IMG/VR virus record: IMGVR_UViG_3300031414_000007
Location: 32,001 to 96,000 of that record
Direction: 5' to 3' (one strand)
DNA: 64,000 nt
Source of the DNA: a virus
Taxonomy: Duplodnaviria; Caudoviricetes
Below, piece by piece: positions 46,742 to 58,292 of the stretch; position 1 is the first letter of the stretch; every line of letters starts with the position of its first letter. The notes beneath the pieces are model-generated. The model searched no databases. It saw only the letters and a program-made list of their open reading frames with translations, and was not told the origin of the DNA. Made by a program: the position numbers and the translations under genes.

Positions 46742-48751
46742 TTATTGATATACGACCTCAACGTTGATACGAAGGTCGATGTACTGCTCGCCGCTTTCTG
46801 GCGTGTACACAGTCACGATGCCAATCCAACCGTTAGCCGCTGTTGGTACTTGCACAAGCTCAGTCTGATATACGGAACCAGTCCAAGTGTACGAAGTCTT
46901 AGCGCTTACGATTGTACGATCACCAATGCTAGTGCCCCACGGCTCATACTCAAGCGTACCCCACAAGTCGCCGTGTTTCGTTTCGTTCGTCTTCTGGAAG
47001 TAACCACCAGTTGCTGCAACACGAGGCGTAACGTCACGGCCGTAGCCAGAAGTAACGATACGAATACCATCGTCGGTGCAGATACGGAAGTTGAAGTTAA
47101 CGGTGTGGTCAACGTTACCGTAGTAGCGCAGAACACCTTTGCTCAACGTCCAACTGCTGGAAACATCATCAACGGACAGACAGCGATATGGAACAAGATA
47201 GTCAACCACGTCAAACTTAGGCGGTTGAATCGGGCAGTATACAAAGTAAGACCAATCACATCCGATAGGCGCTGTCGCTCTGACTGTTATGTTAGAGCGT
47301 AACGTGTGCTCTGGGTACTTCCAGAACTCAAGAGTACCTGTCTTACCTGCCGCTACATATTCAGTATCAAGCAGGTTCATGTCTTGGTCGAACACCTCAA
47401 ACTTGGTGTCAAAGGAGTTCGCTACGCAGACAACAAGGACAGCGCGTTGATCAGTTTGTGTTCCTAACGCAAAATTATCTTCTGTCGTTGGGTGGCCGGC
47501 AGAGTAGACGCTGTAACTTTCACAAGGGTGCATGTATTCACGCGCACCACGTTCACCAGGACAATACAGGCTGTAGAAGCAACTCGCAAGTGACGCAGCG
47601 TTACCGAAGTCTTTGCTGACTACGCGCACCATAATGTCACAGGCAACTCCCTGTGGGTCAAAGTAGAAGTACAGATAACCTTCACCCGTCTTCGCGTCAA
47701 GCGTTGTTGCGATACGACGCCCTGCCTGATACACCTCGATGAAGTCAAACGTTTCCCACGAGGTGTAGTCGAGATACATCCAGCCTGCTGTCCAGCCAAT
47801 GAAGTGATAGTATTCAAAGGCGTTAGCGTTCTGAATACGTTCAGCGATAGGCCAAACAGTAGCGTGACACGGAGCAGGGAAGATAGGGCTGCCGATGTAG
47901 TCAGGATGAATAACGTCAGGGAAGTTGATAACGTCATATGATGCCTGACTGTCGAGCGCTAACCCACCACGATCAGACGGTGCTGCAAGACGAGGCGGAT
48001 AGACTTCGAGACTCCAGCCATACCCCTGAGTTGTACGCACACGCACCATGATACGCATATCAGCAGCATCAGGGTCAAACTGAAATTTGATACGAGAGCG
48101 TCCAATCAGTTTACCACACGTTGAAGCAACACGCTCCCCCATGTGATACACGTCAACGCTTGCTCCAGCAGGCGCATACGAGGCAATCATCAGCTCAACG
48201 TAGCCCTCAATAGCAGGCATCGCGTATACTGTCTCAGTAATCGTTGCGCCACGTCCATGAACAGACGCATACGGCACGTTAGGGTTAGCATAGGTGCCTA
48301 GCCCTGCGCGAGAAGCAACACCAGAAGGGTCGTATGATTCGATGGTCTTGATGCCGGGTCGGTTAATAGATCGACCAGTAGGAGGAGCAAAAGAGTTGAC
48401 GAGACCGAAGCCAGTGCGACCAGCATCAGGTAAGTCGAACCCTGCAGGATAGCCTTTGAGTATATCGTATTTCTCACGACCTCCACTCCCTATCCCGTTA
48501 CCAGAACCCTTGGTTGTTGATGTAGGACCGCCTCCACACGCGCCCGTGTCAAGATTAGAGCACGGGTCATCGTATGTAGGGTCGAACGAGTCATCAATAA
48601 GATGCCAACGCTGACCCCATTGGTTACGCACACTAAACTTCTCTGGAGTTAAAGGCGTCCAGTCTCCCTCTCGTGTGCGTATGAACATGGGCGTGTCCAC
48701 ACAGTCATGCCAACCGTTATTCGCAGCGTTACGAACGCGAAAACGAGCCAT
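46742..48751 (-). CDS. virion protein with three tandem beta-sandwich repeats
   Basis: Repeats G-V-L...EVY-G-R-A-T...F-DP...IMVRV...W/FY-CP. Confidence 0.78.
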   Translation of the reverse strand: MARFRVRNAANNGWHDCVDTPMFIRTREGDWTPLTPEKFSVRNQWGQRWHLIDDSFDPTYDDPCSNLDTGACGGGPTSTTKGSGNGIGSGGREKYDILKGYPAGFDLPDAGRTGFGLVNSFAPPTGRSINRPGIKTIESYDPSGVASRAGLGTYANPNVPYASVHGRGATITETVYAMPAIEGYVELMIASYAPAGASVDVYHMGERVASTCGKLIGRSRIKFQFDPDAADMRIMVRVRTTQGYGWSLEVYPPRLAAPSDRGGLALDSQASYDVINFPDVIHPDYIGSPIFPAPCHATVWPIAERIQNANAFEYYHFIGWTAGWMYLDYTSWETFDFIEVYQAGRRIATTLDAKTGEGYLYFYFDPQGVACDIMVRVVSKDFGNAASLASCFYSLYCPGERGAREYMHPCESYSVYSAGHPTTEDNFALGTQTDQRAVLVVCVANSFDTKFEVFDQDMNLLDTEYVAAGKTGTLEFWKYPEHTLRSNITVRATAPIGCDWSYFVYCPIQPPKFDVVDYLVPYRCLSVDDVSSSWTLSKGVLRYYGNVDHTVNFNFRICTDDGIRIVTSGYGRDVTPRVAATGGYFQKTNETKHGDLWGTLEYEPWGTSIGDRTIVSAKTSYTWTGSVYQTELVQVPTAANGWIGIVTVYTPESGEQYIDLRINVEVVYQ

Positions 48752-48760
48752 GATTTCTCC

Positions 48761-49252
48761 TTATGGACGTACCCAAATTGCGCCGGGTTCGATCTCTTGA
48801 TCCATTGACGGGTCGGTGTCTTGAATGAAGATTTGCAGTACACCAGGATTACCCGGAGCACCAGTAGGACCCGTAGGGCCTGTAGGACCAGCAGGGCCTC
48901 TGTTACCTACCCAGCCTTGCTTGCCTTGCAGACCATCATTACCACGAGGGCCAGGACAGCCGTCAGTACCACGACGACCATCGTTACCCATGAGACCGTC
49001 AATACCGTCACGACCAGATGGACCTACGCCACCAGCAGGACCGTAACCGATACTATGAATCGTAGGCAGCCCAGAAATTTGCAGCTTGCCAATATTGGGG
49101 ATGTTGATTGCTAACAGACCGGTAAGCTGATCAAAAGAACCGGTAAGCTGGCTGTCGTTTTCTGACGTATCAACGTTAATCCCACCTTGAGTCGCAACAA
49201 CAGGACCAGATGCGTTGGCCTTGATAAGCGATATATCAACCTTCTCTACCAT
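48761..49252 (-). CDS. collagen-like fibre protein
   Basis: 22 G-X-Y triplets; C-terminal PGAIWV motif. Confidence 0.88.
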   Translation of the reverse strand: MVEKVDISLIKANASGPVVATQGGINVDTSENDSQLTGSFDQLTGLLAINIPNIGKLQISGLPTIHSIGYGPAGGVGPSGRDGIDGLMGNDGRRGTDGCPGPRGNDGLQGKQGWVGNRGPAGPTGPTGPTGAPGNPGVLQIFIQDTDPSMDQEIEPGAIWVRP

Positions 49253-49262
49253 AACAACTCCC

Positions 49263-49895
49263 TTATGGCCAAGTTATATTCTGATCTTTGGTCGGGTCTA
49301 CCCAGATGGTGCCAGCAGCAACGTTCCCTGGGTTCGTAGCACTTACGATGATAGACAGACGACCGGCAGGACCCGCAGGGCCAGTTGGTCCGGTAGGGCC
49401 TGTAGCACCTGTTGCGCCAGTAGGACCCGTACCGCCACGAGGGCCAGTAGGGCCTGTAGGACCCATTGGGCCAGTACGACCGTCAGGGCCAGTAGGGCCA
49501 ACAGGACCCGGTAGACCATCACGACCATCTGGTCCGGGAAGACCCTGCTCACCGTCAGGTCCGATATTACCGTCACAGCCTTGTTCGCCCGGACTACCAT
49601 CACGTCCATCACGACCATCTTTACCATCAGCGCCCGTTTCACCTCTGCCACCCTGTCGTCCTTCAGGTATATCAGCAGCGGTCGGGAACCCACCTACTTT
49701 AATCGACTGCCCGTTAGCGAACTTGAGAGTAAGAATACCAGAAGTCGCATCAAACGAGGAGTCAGCAGTTACCTCTGAGGGCACATCGGCATCGTTTGGG
49801 TCTATCGAAAGAACTCCAGACTGAGCGCGAATTGCAGCAGGCGTAGACGAAGAACCAGCCTGAATGAGACCGGTCTTAACTTTAATCAGACTCAT
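49263..49895 (-). CDS. collagen-like fibre protein
   Basis: 33 G-X-Y triplets; C-terminal AGTIWV motif. Confidence 0.9.
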   Translation of the reverse strand: MSLIKVKTGLIQAGSSSTPAAIRAQSGVLSIDPNDADVPSEVTADSSFDATSGILTLKFANGQSIKVGGFPTAADIPEGRQGGRGETGADGKDGRDGRDGSPGEQGCDGNIGPDGEQGLPGPDGRDGLPGPVGPTGPDGRTGPMGPTGPTGPRGGTGPTGATGATGPTGPTGPAGPAGRLSIIVSATNPGNVAAGTIWVDPTKDQNITWP

Positions 49896-51337
49896 TACTT
49901 TTTCTCCGCTTTCGCAACAATATCCGTGTTGTGTGCGAGTACATCACCAACGAAGTAGCAGTCAAATGGATCGACGTCAATATCAACAGTCTGCACCAAA
50001 TCGTCTACACGTCTGAACTCGTAAACAGACACTGGGCCTTTACGACCAAGCACTGTATGTCCTGGCTCTACTTCTCGTGCAGGAACGTAACGCCACACGG
50101 ATTGATCATATATCAACACTGGATGCTCATGCGTGAACTTCTGTCCGTTGATAATGAAGTAGTGGTCTTCCTGTCCGTACTTGAGCGCAGTCACGGTAGC
50201 GTTTACCAGATTGCCTTTCAAGCTCTTAGAAGACCAAGCACGGAACTCTTTTGGCTGATTAGAGAAGCTACGCAGGCTATCACCTACACGCAAGTTCTCG
50301 ACAGCTTTAGGTCCAGTAATCGTTTCTACCTCAGAACCAAACACGATACAGCCAGATGTTGAAGTGTTGACAGGGTTACGTGCAACAACGGTCAACGCAG
50401 AACTCACGGTAACAGTTGGGCGCGACGTTTGACCCATATCAGTTACTACGCAGCGGATAGTGCCTTTGATTGTACGATCAGCACCAAGTCCGAGACGCAG
50501 ATAGAAGTTAACAATACACGTTGAGGTAGTAGTCGCATCGAGCGTTACGCCCTCTGTGGTTGTGATAGACCATTGATACTTATATGGACCCACACCTCCA
50601 CGCGCATTGACAGGAAGATATGCGAGCGAGGTAAATACATCAGACCCTTGCACTGCACGTTGACCTACCATGTACAGGCTCGATACTGACGCAGCAAGAG
50701 GTGTTATCGTAGGCAGAGGCGGGGCAGGTGTAACGTTAGCTGTTGGATAGAGCCACACGAATACACGCCCGTCTGTAGGCTGCGCGTTAGACAGAACAGC
50801 AGTAGTGATAGGCGCAGGGCCCGTTGGGCCAGTAGCACCAGCTATACAGCTTGCACCAGTAGCACCACGAGGACCGAGAACGCCCGGAGGCCCATCAGGA
50901 CCGTCGGGACCAGTAGGGCCTGTAGGACCCTCTCGTCCAGTATCACCCGTCTGACCATCAGGACCATCACGTCCCGGTTCACCTACAGGGCCTGTCTTGC
51001 CTCTATTGCCAACAGGGCCAGGACAACCCGGTCTGCCTGTTTCTCCATCACGACCATCACGCCCGTCTCGGCCAGGAGCACCGGGAGCGCCTCGACGCCC
51101 CGGTTTCCCTTCGCCAAACATTGCTACAGTCGGAAGACCAGGAACATTAACTACTTGCCCGTTCTTCTTGATGAAAACTAACACACCTGTCTTGCTGTTA
51201 AACCTTACGCTGGCAATCTGAGTATCTGTCGCCAAGTCACTCGACTCGAACCCGACACTACCATCAACACCAACCAGCGATTTACCTTCATCGTTAGCCG
51301 TTGTTTCGATTTGCGAAAGTTTTAACTGTGTTGTCAT
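49895..51337 (-). CDS. collagen-like fibre with Ig/PKD-like domain and C-terminal Hint domain
   Basis: 29+3 G-X-Y triplets; [11 protein letters not shown] Ig-like motif; CIVFG...FTHEHP...AHN-T. Confidence 0.88.
   Translation of the reverse strand: MTTQLKLSQIETTANDEGKSLVGVDGSVGFESSDLATDTQIASVRFNSKTGVLVFIKKNGQVVNVPGLPTVAMFGEGKPGRRGAPGAPGRDGRDGRDGETGRPGCPGPVGNRGKTGPVGEPGRDGPDGQTGDTGREGPTGPTGPDGPDGPPGVLGPRGATGASCIAGATGPTGPAPITTAVLSNAQPTDGRVFVWLYPTANVTPAPPLPTITPLAASVSSLYMVGQRAVQGSDVFTSLAYLPVNARGGVGPYKYQWSITTTEGVTLDATTTSTCIVNFYLRLGLGADRTIKGTIRCVVTDMGQTSRPTVTVSSALTVVARNPVNTSTSGCIVFGSEVETITGPKAVENLRVGDSLRSFSNQPKEFRAWSSKSLKGNLVNATVTALKYGQEDHYFIINGQKFTHEHPVLIYDQSVWRYVPAREVEPGHTVLGRKGPVSVYEFRRVDDLVQTVDIDVDPFDCYFVGDVLAHNTDIVAKAEKK
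49928..50350 (-). other. Hint / mini-intein-like autoprocessing domain (141 aa)
   Basis: C1, block B T-x-x-H, block F D, terminal HN with +1 Thr; no endonuclease domain. Confidence 0.82.
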
Positions 51338-53673
51338 TTCGGTTCAACCTTAATGCACAAGTTACCAGACAGTTTCGAACCATAGCTAGTGATCTGCGCA
51401 TTGGTGATACGCACCTTAGCTATAATGTCGATGAAGCCCTGAGGCTGGTTCTCTTTCAACACGGTGAACATCTGCGTCAGGCTAACGTTTGAGTAAGCAA
51501 TCACCTCTGTGAGACTTGCATCAGAAGTAACAACGTTAAAGCCAGCGCTGCCCGTGCCTTTAAGACCACGACCATATTCAGCTTCTGAGGTGCCCGGCGT
51601 TTTGAACGACAGGACATACTCGATATGCTCTTTACCGCTGGTGGCCGCAAAGCCTGGGCCCAGTTGACACTGGAAGTCAGCGATACAAGTAAGCATCACA
51701 CCCTTTGTGAACTCGATTCGTTGAACGATGGTCAGTTCTTCGGAATCGCCAACAGTCTGCTGGATGTTATACATGTTCTTCGGGTCAGCTTCTTCGGCGA
51801 GAGCCTGAGTGTTACTGATCGTAATCTCTGGCCACGTGCCTTTAATCTGAATACCTTCGCCTTGAATGATAGCAGGAGTAGCGATAGGCACGTCGATGGG
51901 AGGCAGACCTTGACGCTTGAACATGTAGCCTGTCGGTGTTGGGATAGCATCAATAATGACACCATCCACCGAGCTGTCTTTCGAACCCACAGCCATAACG
52001 TTCTCAAAGATTGTGATCTCAATGAGTGTATCGGCAGGGATAGGAGTCAGCGTTTTCAGCGCATTACCAGCAACGGTAAACTCTTGCGTGTGTACTGTCA
52101 GGCCACTCATTGCCATAACGCAGTGCGCTTTATTCAACGGAGTAGTAGGCAGAACAAATGTATCAGCATCATAAGGCAGGCGATACTGAGCAACACGAAT
52201 ACGAGTAGACCAGTTGGCGCGTTCTTCATAGCGAGCTACATAGAAAGTGTATTTCTGACCAGATGGGATTGCTTCTGTAAGCGTGACGCTATTACCATTC
52301 GTGAGTTTATACACGGTGGTAGGCTGCCACGTACTGCCGACAACGCAGAAGATCATATCGACGCTTTCAATCGGCTTGCTGCCAAGTTTAAACAAAGCAG
52401 TCTGGCCGTCACCGACACCTTCATACGTTTCAAACAGGACAACGTGACCCTGCGACGGCTCGATACGGAACTGACGCATATCAAGCTGCATACGTTGCTC
52501 AGGGTAGGACGAAAGCAGAAGCTGATCGTCTACTACGCTATATGCCGTGCGCGGCTGGAGAACACCAGACGTACCAAGCAGTAAGTCAGTTGAGCTATCG
52601 AGAATCTCGGACAGCGTGTAACGTAACTTATCAGGCGTTGCAGTAGTCACAACAGAACTGAACAACATCTTACCAGGAGGTACAAACAGCGTACCGGTAG
52701 TCTGACGAGCACCACCAGCAACAGGTCCCCAATATGGCTGCAAGTCTTTACCGCGATACAACGCCCATGCTTCTGGTACATCGTTGTTGAGCGGCCACGG
52801 TATTCCAGCAGTCGGAGTTGTTGGGTTAGTGATACGACGCCAAACAGCAATCGTTGTCTGAGCACTCACGAAAGGAATCGGGTCGTCCATGTTAACGAAC
52901 TGACCTTTCGTGTATTTAAAGTGACGACACGCACCAGAGCCTGTGCCTGAGATTGTTTGAATCAGAACAACCTCACCCTCTTTCACGCTGGTGATACTTG
53001 CGATCTTGAAGGTGTTTGCGTTGATGAATCCAGAGGCAGTAATCTGTCCGCTGAATACACGGTCATGTTCGCTGAATGCCCAGTAGAATGAGCCAGCACC
53101 GTAACGATAGGCAATACCCGGAGAGCGAGTGCCGTCAGAATTAACGTGCATATCAAGAACCGACACGGCGTTGAACACGTTATCGTTCAAGCTCGGCAGA
53201 TTCTGGAGTGTGGCGGCACTTGGAATTGAAGTGTAATCCGCCATCTTTACAGCAAGAATCTTTTGAATGTCCTGCTGAATGTGTACGAGAAGGCTAACGC
53301 GGCTGATAGAGTTTGGTACTGCGATGATTGGCTCTTCCAGAACAACGTGACCAAAAGGTCGGTTGTCTTTGAGCATAATCAATAGCTCACCAACACGTTT
53401 CAGCGACTCACCTGCAACGTAGTTGACTTTAATATCGAAGACAAAGCGGGCACTGTTCTCGGTAAGAACCTGAACATACGACAAAGCGCCCGACGCAAGC
53501 TCGTTGCCAAGTAACTGCTCTGGAACCACAGACGGGTTAGAGCCTACAAAGTCACCTGCTTTAAACGACACTGGCTGAACTGCAAGTCCACCAGAGTTAG
53601 CGTTCGCAACGGCCTGTTCTCCCTGAGGCGTTAGACGCAATGCGTCAACGTAGATAGATTCAGTGGCCATCAA
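51334..53673 (-). CDS. tail collar/fibre-anchoring baseplate protein
   Basis: N-terminal [12 protein letters not shown]...FKAGD tail-collar-fibre-like domain; GDGQT-F-L...G-Q...Y repeats. Confidence 0.72.
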   Translation of the reverse strand: MMATESIYVDALRLTPQGEQAVANANSGGLAVQPVSFKAGDFVGSNPSVVPEQLLGNELASGALSYVQVLTENSARFVFDIKVNYVAGESLKRVGELLIMLKDNRPFGHVVLEEPIIAVPNSISRVSLLVHIQQDIQKILAVKMADYTSIPSAATLQNLPSLNDNVFNAVSVLDMHVNSDGTRSPGIAYRYGAGSFYWAFSEHDRVFSGQITASGFINANTFKIASITSVKEGEVVLIQTISGTGSGACRHFKYTKGQFVNMDDPIPFVSAQTTIAVWRRITNPTTPTAGIPWPLNNDVPEAWALYRGKDLQPYWGPVAGGARQTTGTLFVPPGKMLFSSVVTTATPDKLRYTLSEILDSSTDLLLGTSGVLQPRTAYSVVDDQLLLSSYPEQRMQLDMRQFRIEPSQGHVVLFETYEGVGDGQTALFKLGSKPIESVDMIFCVVGSTWQPTTVYKLTNGNSVTLTEAIPSGQKYTFYVARYEERANWSTRIRVAQYRLPYDADTFVLPTTPLNKAHCVMAMSGLTVHTQEFTVAGNALKTLTPIPADTLIEITIFENVMAVGSKDSSVDGVIIDAIPTPTGYMFKRQGLPPIDVPIATPAIIQGEGIQIKGTWPEITISNTQALAEEADPKNMYNIQQTVGDSEELTIVQRIEFTKGVMLTCIADFQCQLGPGFAATSGKEHIEYVLSFKTPGTSEAEYGRGLKGTGSAGFNVVTSDASLTEVIAYSNVSLTQMFTVLKENQPQGFIDIIAKVRITNAQITSYGSKLSGNLCIKVEPK

Positions 53674-53714
53674 AGAACTCCTTGGGTTTTAACTGTTCTA
53701 AATTAGCGTAAAAC

Positions 53715-53753
53715 AAAAAGGGAGCCAGGAACATAGCGCTCCGGACTCCCTTT
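53715..53753 (-). terminator. intrinsic terminator
   Basis: AAAGGGAG...CTCCCTTTT on - strand. Confidence 0.75.
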
Positions 53754-53756
53754 ATT

Positions 53757-56700
53757 TTACTGATAGCGCACTGTGATAACTGAGGAGCCAAATGCACGAG
53801 CGTTGGTGCGATAAATCAAGACGTTTTCTGTCAGGTTATCATACACCACTTTCCCTACAATCGGACCCTTCTTGCCGTTATCTCCAGTTACAGGCCACTG
53901 AGCACCGTCGAAACCCTGCCACCCTTTGTTTACTGTTCCAGTACCGTCTGCGGCTGCTGAGAATACAGCGGTACCGTATGACTGTCTGACAACAAAGTAA
54001 CCGTACTCGTCTTGTTTGGTAGACAACACGAACTGGCCACCAGTCTTAGAACGTAAACGCGTTGGCAACTGAGCAAGTGCAATACTCACGCCAGTAATGC
54101 CGAAAGGCGCAACACCGAAGCGTGGATAAGATGACATGGCTTTCATGAAGTGCGTCTGCGTAAGCGTCTGCTGTCCTTCGATATAGATAGCTTTAACACC
54201 AAAGTCGGTATCGTTAAGCAAAGAGGCTATGGTCAGTCGCCCAGTTTGAGCATTGATAGTGATGCCTTGAACATCAACCACATCGCCCTTACTGTTGGTG
54301 ATCTGCCACAGACACTTGGCACTAACATCATCCTTAACGAACGTACCGGTACGGCCGAGTAATGCGTTCATCTGCATTGAACTGTCGTCTCGCACATTCG
54401 TATATCCGCCTACTGTCAGGTCTTGTGGGAAGCCAATGCCTGGGCAAGTGATTTCCTGAACGAGACTGATTTCAGTACGCTGCTCGGTGATGATACACTC
54501 CACTTTAACCTTCTGCGGGTCTTTCGATGCAGGGAAGCGGAAGGTACCGTCTTGAGCCAAAGTAAAGCCACTGACAGACTCAATGATGTTCCACTTGAAC
54601 TTCACGCTGTTTGCATCAGGCAGACGACTTGAGCCGGTAGCACCAGAGCGGCGCGTATAGAACGCAGTGAAACGATAGTCAATGTTCGGACTGATATTGC
54701 CAGCAGGGTTCTCGATGTAGCCGTTGAGAATCGTGTTCTGCGTTTGAAGCTCAATGGTGCGCGTACCGATAATGGTTTCATCAGCAAGTGACATTGGGTT
54801 CTGCTTGGTAAACACAGCGCGTAGATTAATAACACCGTCCGACAACTGCGACTGACCAATGAACAGATGACCGTTCAGTGGATCGATTGATACGCCGTCA
54901 ACGTTTGTCTCGTCACCAATAGACCAGATAGCGTCAGTGGTTGTGAGTTCGTCATCAGGCTCGATGATAACACGCAGGCTGTAAGGAACGTACCAGCGCC
55001 CGTTTTCATATCCGATAGTTGGGTTACGATCAGACACGTCCCACACAACATCAGGTCCGACGATGCCAATTTGACGGAGATAAGTGTTAGCCTGCACAAG
55101 GAACACAAGCAACGTCTTCTCAATCTGATACTGGTCGCACGTAAAGCGAGCGCGAAGAAGCACGGCACCATTAACGTTCTGGCTCGGTGTGAGTGAACCA
55201 TCGGCATCAATCTCTGCAATACTGTCTGTTGTTGGGATAAGCACAGGCGTATTGTTTGGTCCATCTTGCGTGTAGTAGCTCTGCACGACTGCCCATTCAG
55301 AATCGACTTCTAGGTCAAACGTCTTTGGTGTTTCCTCAGCGTAAGAGCCATCAAGAGTGCGCATTACGCCACCAGTCTTATACGTGTTGACCAGAGTGTA
55401 TGACTCGGACAGCACATCAGCACTGATTTGCGTTGCACCTTCAATACGGCTGTTGACGATATTGTTGATACTCTGCTTAGGTGCAGGAGAAACGACCAGG
55501 TCAATCTTGTTGCTCACTCGGAAGAATGAGGCAATAACCTGAGTGTAGGTGTCGTACTCATATTGCAGCTTGCCCGTTTGCAGAATAGCACCGTCGTAAT
55601 ACGCTTTATTCAGGTCAGCAATGCTACCAATCGCGTTGAACATCGGCAGTTTGCTAACGTCCATTGCACGGAAGTCTTTGTAGTCGCTTGGTGTGCGGCC
55701 TTCGATGATCTCAACGATAGCCATACCACTATAGCGACCGGGCGAGAACTGTAAGAACTTATACTCGTCCGTGTCTTTGTCCGGCCAGTTGCCTACCCAC
55801 TCAGCAGCAGTCACATACTCCTGACTACCATCAGCATAAGTCGCAAGCAAACGCACAAAGGTACGCGTCTTCTCATACATCACGTCAGGGCATTCGATGG
55901 TAATGCTGTCCACCAGCGCTCGCGTTGGAATGAGTTGCAGGTCACGGTAGTTTGAGAGTTTCGTTCCGTCGTACTCATACTCCATGCTAATACGCGCAGA
56001 ACCATGCAGGTCTCCCTGATAGTAAAGCACATACTCTTTCACGCTTCTGCCCATGATTGGGTCATACACCGTGTTGTTGCTCAGGCTGACGTTCAGCGTT
56101 ACCCAGCGAGCATAGTCAGGATGATCAGGGTCGAACTGACTTGGGTCTTGCCCTTGCTCTACTGCCTGTTGTTGCAGCCTGATTGTGCGCTGTCTCGCTT
56201 CCTCAATAGCAGAGTCCGATGGGATGTACTCGACTTTCACAGCAGCCGCAGCAGCATACGACAAGCCGTTATTCCACAGACACACAGTAGGCAACATCAA
56301 CGTTGCGCCACTACTGATAGTAGGTGACGAGCGCAGGTCAATCGACTTCGGAATCATGATCGTATCGTTAACGAGAATGATTCGGTTAAACGTGACAGTA
56401 GAGTTACCGTCAATGAACGTGAAGTTCAGGGCGTACTTAACAGCATCACCACTGACCAGAGGCGCTTCGAACTCACCGGTTTGCGTATTAACAAAAGGTA
56501 TAGCGTTGACCGATGTTGCTTTGTCTTCGCTACTGAACCAGATGCCAAACACTTCGGTATAAGCAACCACGATCGATGGGTCACGCGCATCAATCTCTGC
56601 CTGAGTAGCAGAAGCAAGAACATAGAGAGCCATTGCTTTTGGTCGAACAATATCACGCTCAACAACAGTCGCAGGAACAACGAGGTCAATCGTAGCCAGT

Positions 56701-58292
56701 TTAATCTCTGGCGCCCTCATCGTTACTTGCTTTACAGCCTCAACAGGAGTAACTTCACCAAAGACAGCGTAGATAGACGTCAGGTAGTCGCCACGCATAA
56801 TCTTGGACTTGAGAACGTTCTCAACTATCTCCGTATGCTCGCTGGTGGTACGAGCCTGAGCGGTACCCAGCTTGGAAGTACCGTCATTGTACGTGATTGC
56901 ATACTTGAGTTCTACTTCTTCGCCTTGAGGCACTTCATCATCCACGATGATACGCAACTCGGTTGGCACCAAATCTTTAACACTGCGATTGACGTCGAAC
57001 TCCTGAGTCTTGGACATATCGAACTGTCCTTGATAGGAGACGCTTATATCAATCTTGGAATCTGCTTCGACACTAGGCAGAGACAGCGTTGTGCCGTTAA
57101 AGATGCCCAGCGTAGAACTGAGAGCGATCATACCACTGTCAGTTAATTCTTTGGTTGCGCCGGTAGAGAGATACTTACCGTATACACGAACCTTAGCGCT
57201 TGCGTTACCGTATAGCGTTGGGCACTCAATAGAAAGCTCGTCAGGATCAGGCTCAACCCCCATAGGGTAGATGCGAGACTCAAGCGCCTGCTGAGTACCA
57301 TTGTAGGTAAGAGTGAGGTTGATAACAGAGATGGCCAGAGGCTCATTGAAACGAACAGCATTACCGTCACGCTCTGCAATCCAAGTAGAGTCTTCTACCC
57401 ACACCTCAACTGTCTGCTCGGTGCCGTCGCTGTATTTGACGATAGCGCCAAACGTAGTCCACTCACCGCCGCGAATAAACTCAGGCTGAATGAACGATAT
57501 GGACTTCTGCAAAGGACGGCCGACGTTGAAACGCTTAACAGGCTCAACAACAACGTGAGCGCCAAGATACAACTTAGCACCCAAGTTAATAGCAGCGTAC
57601 ACACCTTCGAGAACTTCTTCGATAGGCGCCCATTGATAAAACAGGTCTGCGATTCGGCGGTAGAACATTGCGCTACGTGCGGTGTACTGCTCAACGTCGT
57701 TGTTCACAGGCTCAAAGCCAATGTGATTGTTGAACCAGTCTTCCGCTTCCTGTTGCGTCATGCCTACTTCTTGCAGTGCGTTAACAACGTCTTTCTCTGC
57801 ATCTTTGGTGATAGTTAGATCGAGGCCGCCGTCAATCAAATGTGCATCTACTTCGAGATTGACCTTGTTCGACTTATACCACGTACCGCCGTCTTGAATC
57901 AGAGTACCAAGAGGAGTAGGCACAAAGGTCTGATAGTCAGCGGTATACAGGCGAGAAGAATCGAACTGACCGCCGAGTAACATACCCACGAACTTAGGCC
58001 ACTGAGTTGTACCAGAGACTTGCTGCCAGTCAGGCAAGCAGTCGATAACACGTTTCAACGAAGGTAAACGATACTGCATCAGGTCACGCGTGATATTGAT
58101 GCCGAGCTGGCGAATACTTGCTTCGGCCAACTCGTCGTTTGTGTCACCGCTGATGCGACGAATATTCAACAGTTGCTCAATGGTCTTGAGGTTCTGCTCG
58201 TCGTTGTGTGCATCGAGAATCTCGAACAACTCTGCCCAGGCTTCGTTAGCTTCAAGGAAGTCAATGTTAAAGGCTAGAGTGTTTGATTTCAC
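53757..58292 (-). CDS. large baseplate wedge protein with Ig-like repeats
   Basis: 1511 aa downstream of gp6-like gene; repeated A-Y-DG...V-A-W Ig-like modules. Confidence 0.72.
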   Translation of the reverse strand: MKSNTLAFNIDFLEANEAWAELFEILDAHNDEQNLKTIEQLLNIRRISGDTNDELAEASIRQLGINITRDLMQYRLPSLKRVIDCLPDWQQVSGTTQWPKFVGMLLGGQFDSSRLYTADYQTFVPTPLGTLIQDGGTWYKSNKVNLEVDAHLIDGGLDLTITKDAEKDVVNALQEVGMTQQEAEDWFNNHIGFEPVNNDVEQYTARSAMFYRRIADLFYQWAPIEEVLEGVYAAINLGAKLYLGAHVVVEPVKRFNVGRPLQKSISFIQPEFIRGGEWTTFGAIVKYSDGTEQTVEVWVEDSTWIAERDGNAVRFNEPLAISVINLTLTYNGTQQALESRIYPMGVEPDPDELSIECPTLYGNASAKVRVYGKYLSTGATKELTDSGMIALSSTLGIFNGTTLSLPSVEADSKIDISVSYQGQFDMSKTQEFDVNRSVKDLVPTELRIIVDDEVPQGEEVELKYAITYNDGTSKLGTAQARTTSEHTEIVENVLKSKIMRGDYLTSIYAVFGEVTPVEAVKQVTMRAPEIKLATIDLVVPATVVERDIVRPKAMALYVLASATQAEIDARDPSIVVAYTEVFGIWFSSEDKATSVNAIPFVNTQTGEFEAPLVSGDAVKYALNFTFIDGNSTVTFNRIILVNDTIMIPKSIDLRSSPTISSGATLMLPTVCLWNNGLSYAAAAAVKVEYIPSDSAIEEARQRTIRLQQQAVEQGQDPSQFDPDHPDYARWVTLNVSLSNNTVYDPIMGRSVKEYVLYYQGDLHGSARISMEYEYDGTKLSNYRDLQLIPTRALVDSITIECPDVMYEKTRTFVRLLATYADGSQEYVTAAEWVGNWPDKDTDEYKFLQFSPGRYSGMAIVEIIEGRTPSDYKDFRAMDVSKLPMFNAIGSIADLNKAYYDGAILQTGKLQYEYDTYTQVIASFFRVSNKIDLVVSPAPKQSINNIVNSRIEGATQISADVLSESYTLVNTYKTGGVMRTLDGSYAEETPKTFDLEVDSEWAVVQSYYTQDGPNNTPVLIPTTDSIAEIDADGSLTPSQNVNGAVLLRARFTCDQYQIEKTLLVFLVQANTYLRQIGIVGPDVVWDVSDRNPTIGYENGRWYVPYSLRVIIEPDDELTTTDAIWSIGDETNVDGVSIDPLNGHLFIGQSQLSDGVINLRAVFTKQNPMSLADETIIGTRTIELQTQNTILNGYIENPAGNISPNIDYRFTAFYTRRSGATGSSRLPDANSVKFKWNIIESVSGFTLAQDGTFRFPASKDPQKVKVECIITEQRTEISLVQEITCPGIGFPQDLTVGGYTNVRDDSSMQMNALLGRTGTFVKDDVSAKCLWQITNSKGDVVDVQGITINAQTGRLTIASLLNDTDFGVKAIYIEGQQTLTQTHFMKAMSSYPRFGVAPFGITGVSIALAQLPTRLRSKTGGQFVLSTKQDEYGYFVVRQSYGTAVFSAAADGTGTVNKGWQGFDGAQWPVTGDNGKKGPIVGKVVYDNLTENVLIYRTNARAFGSSVITVRYQ

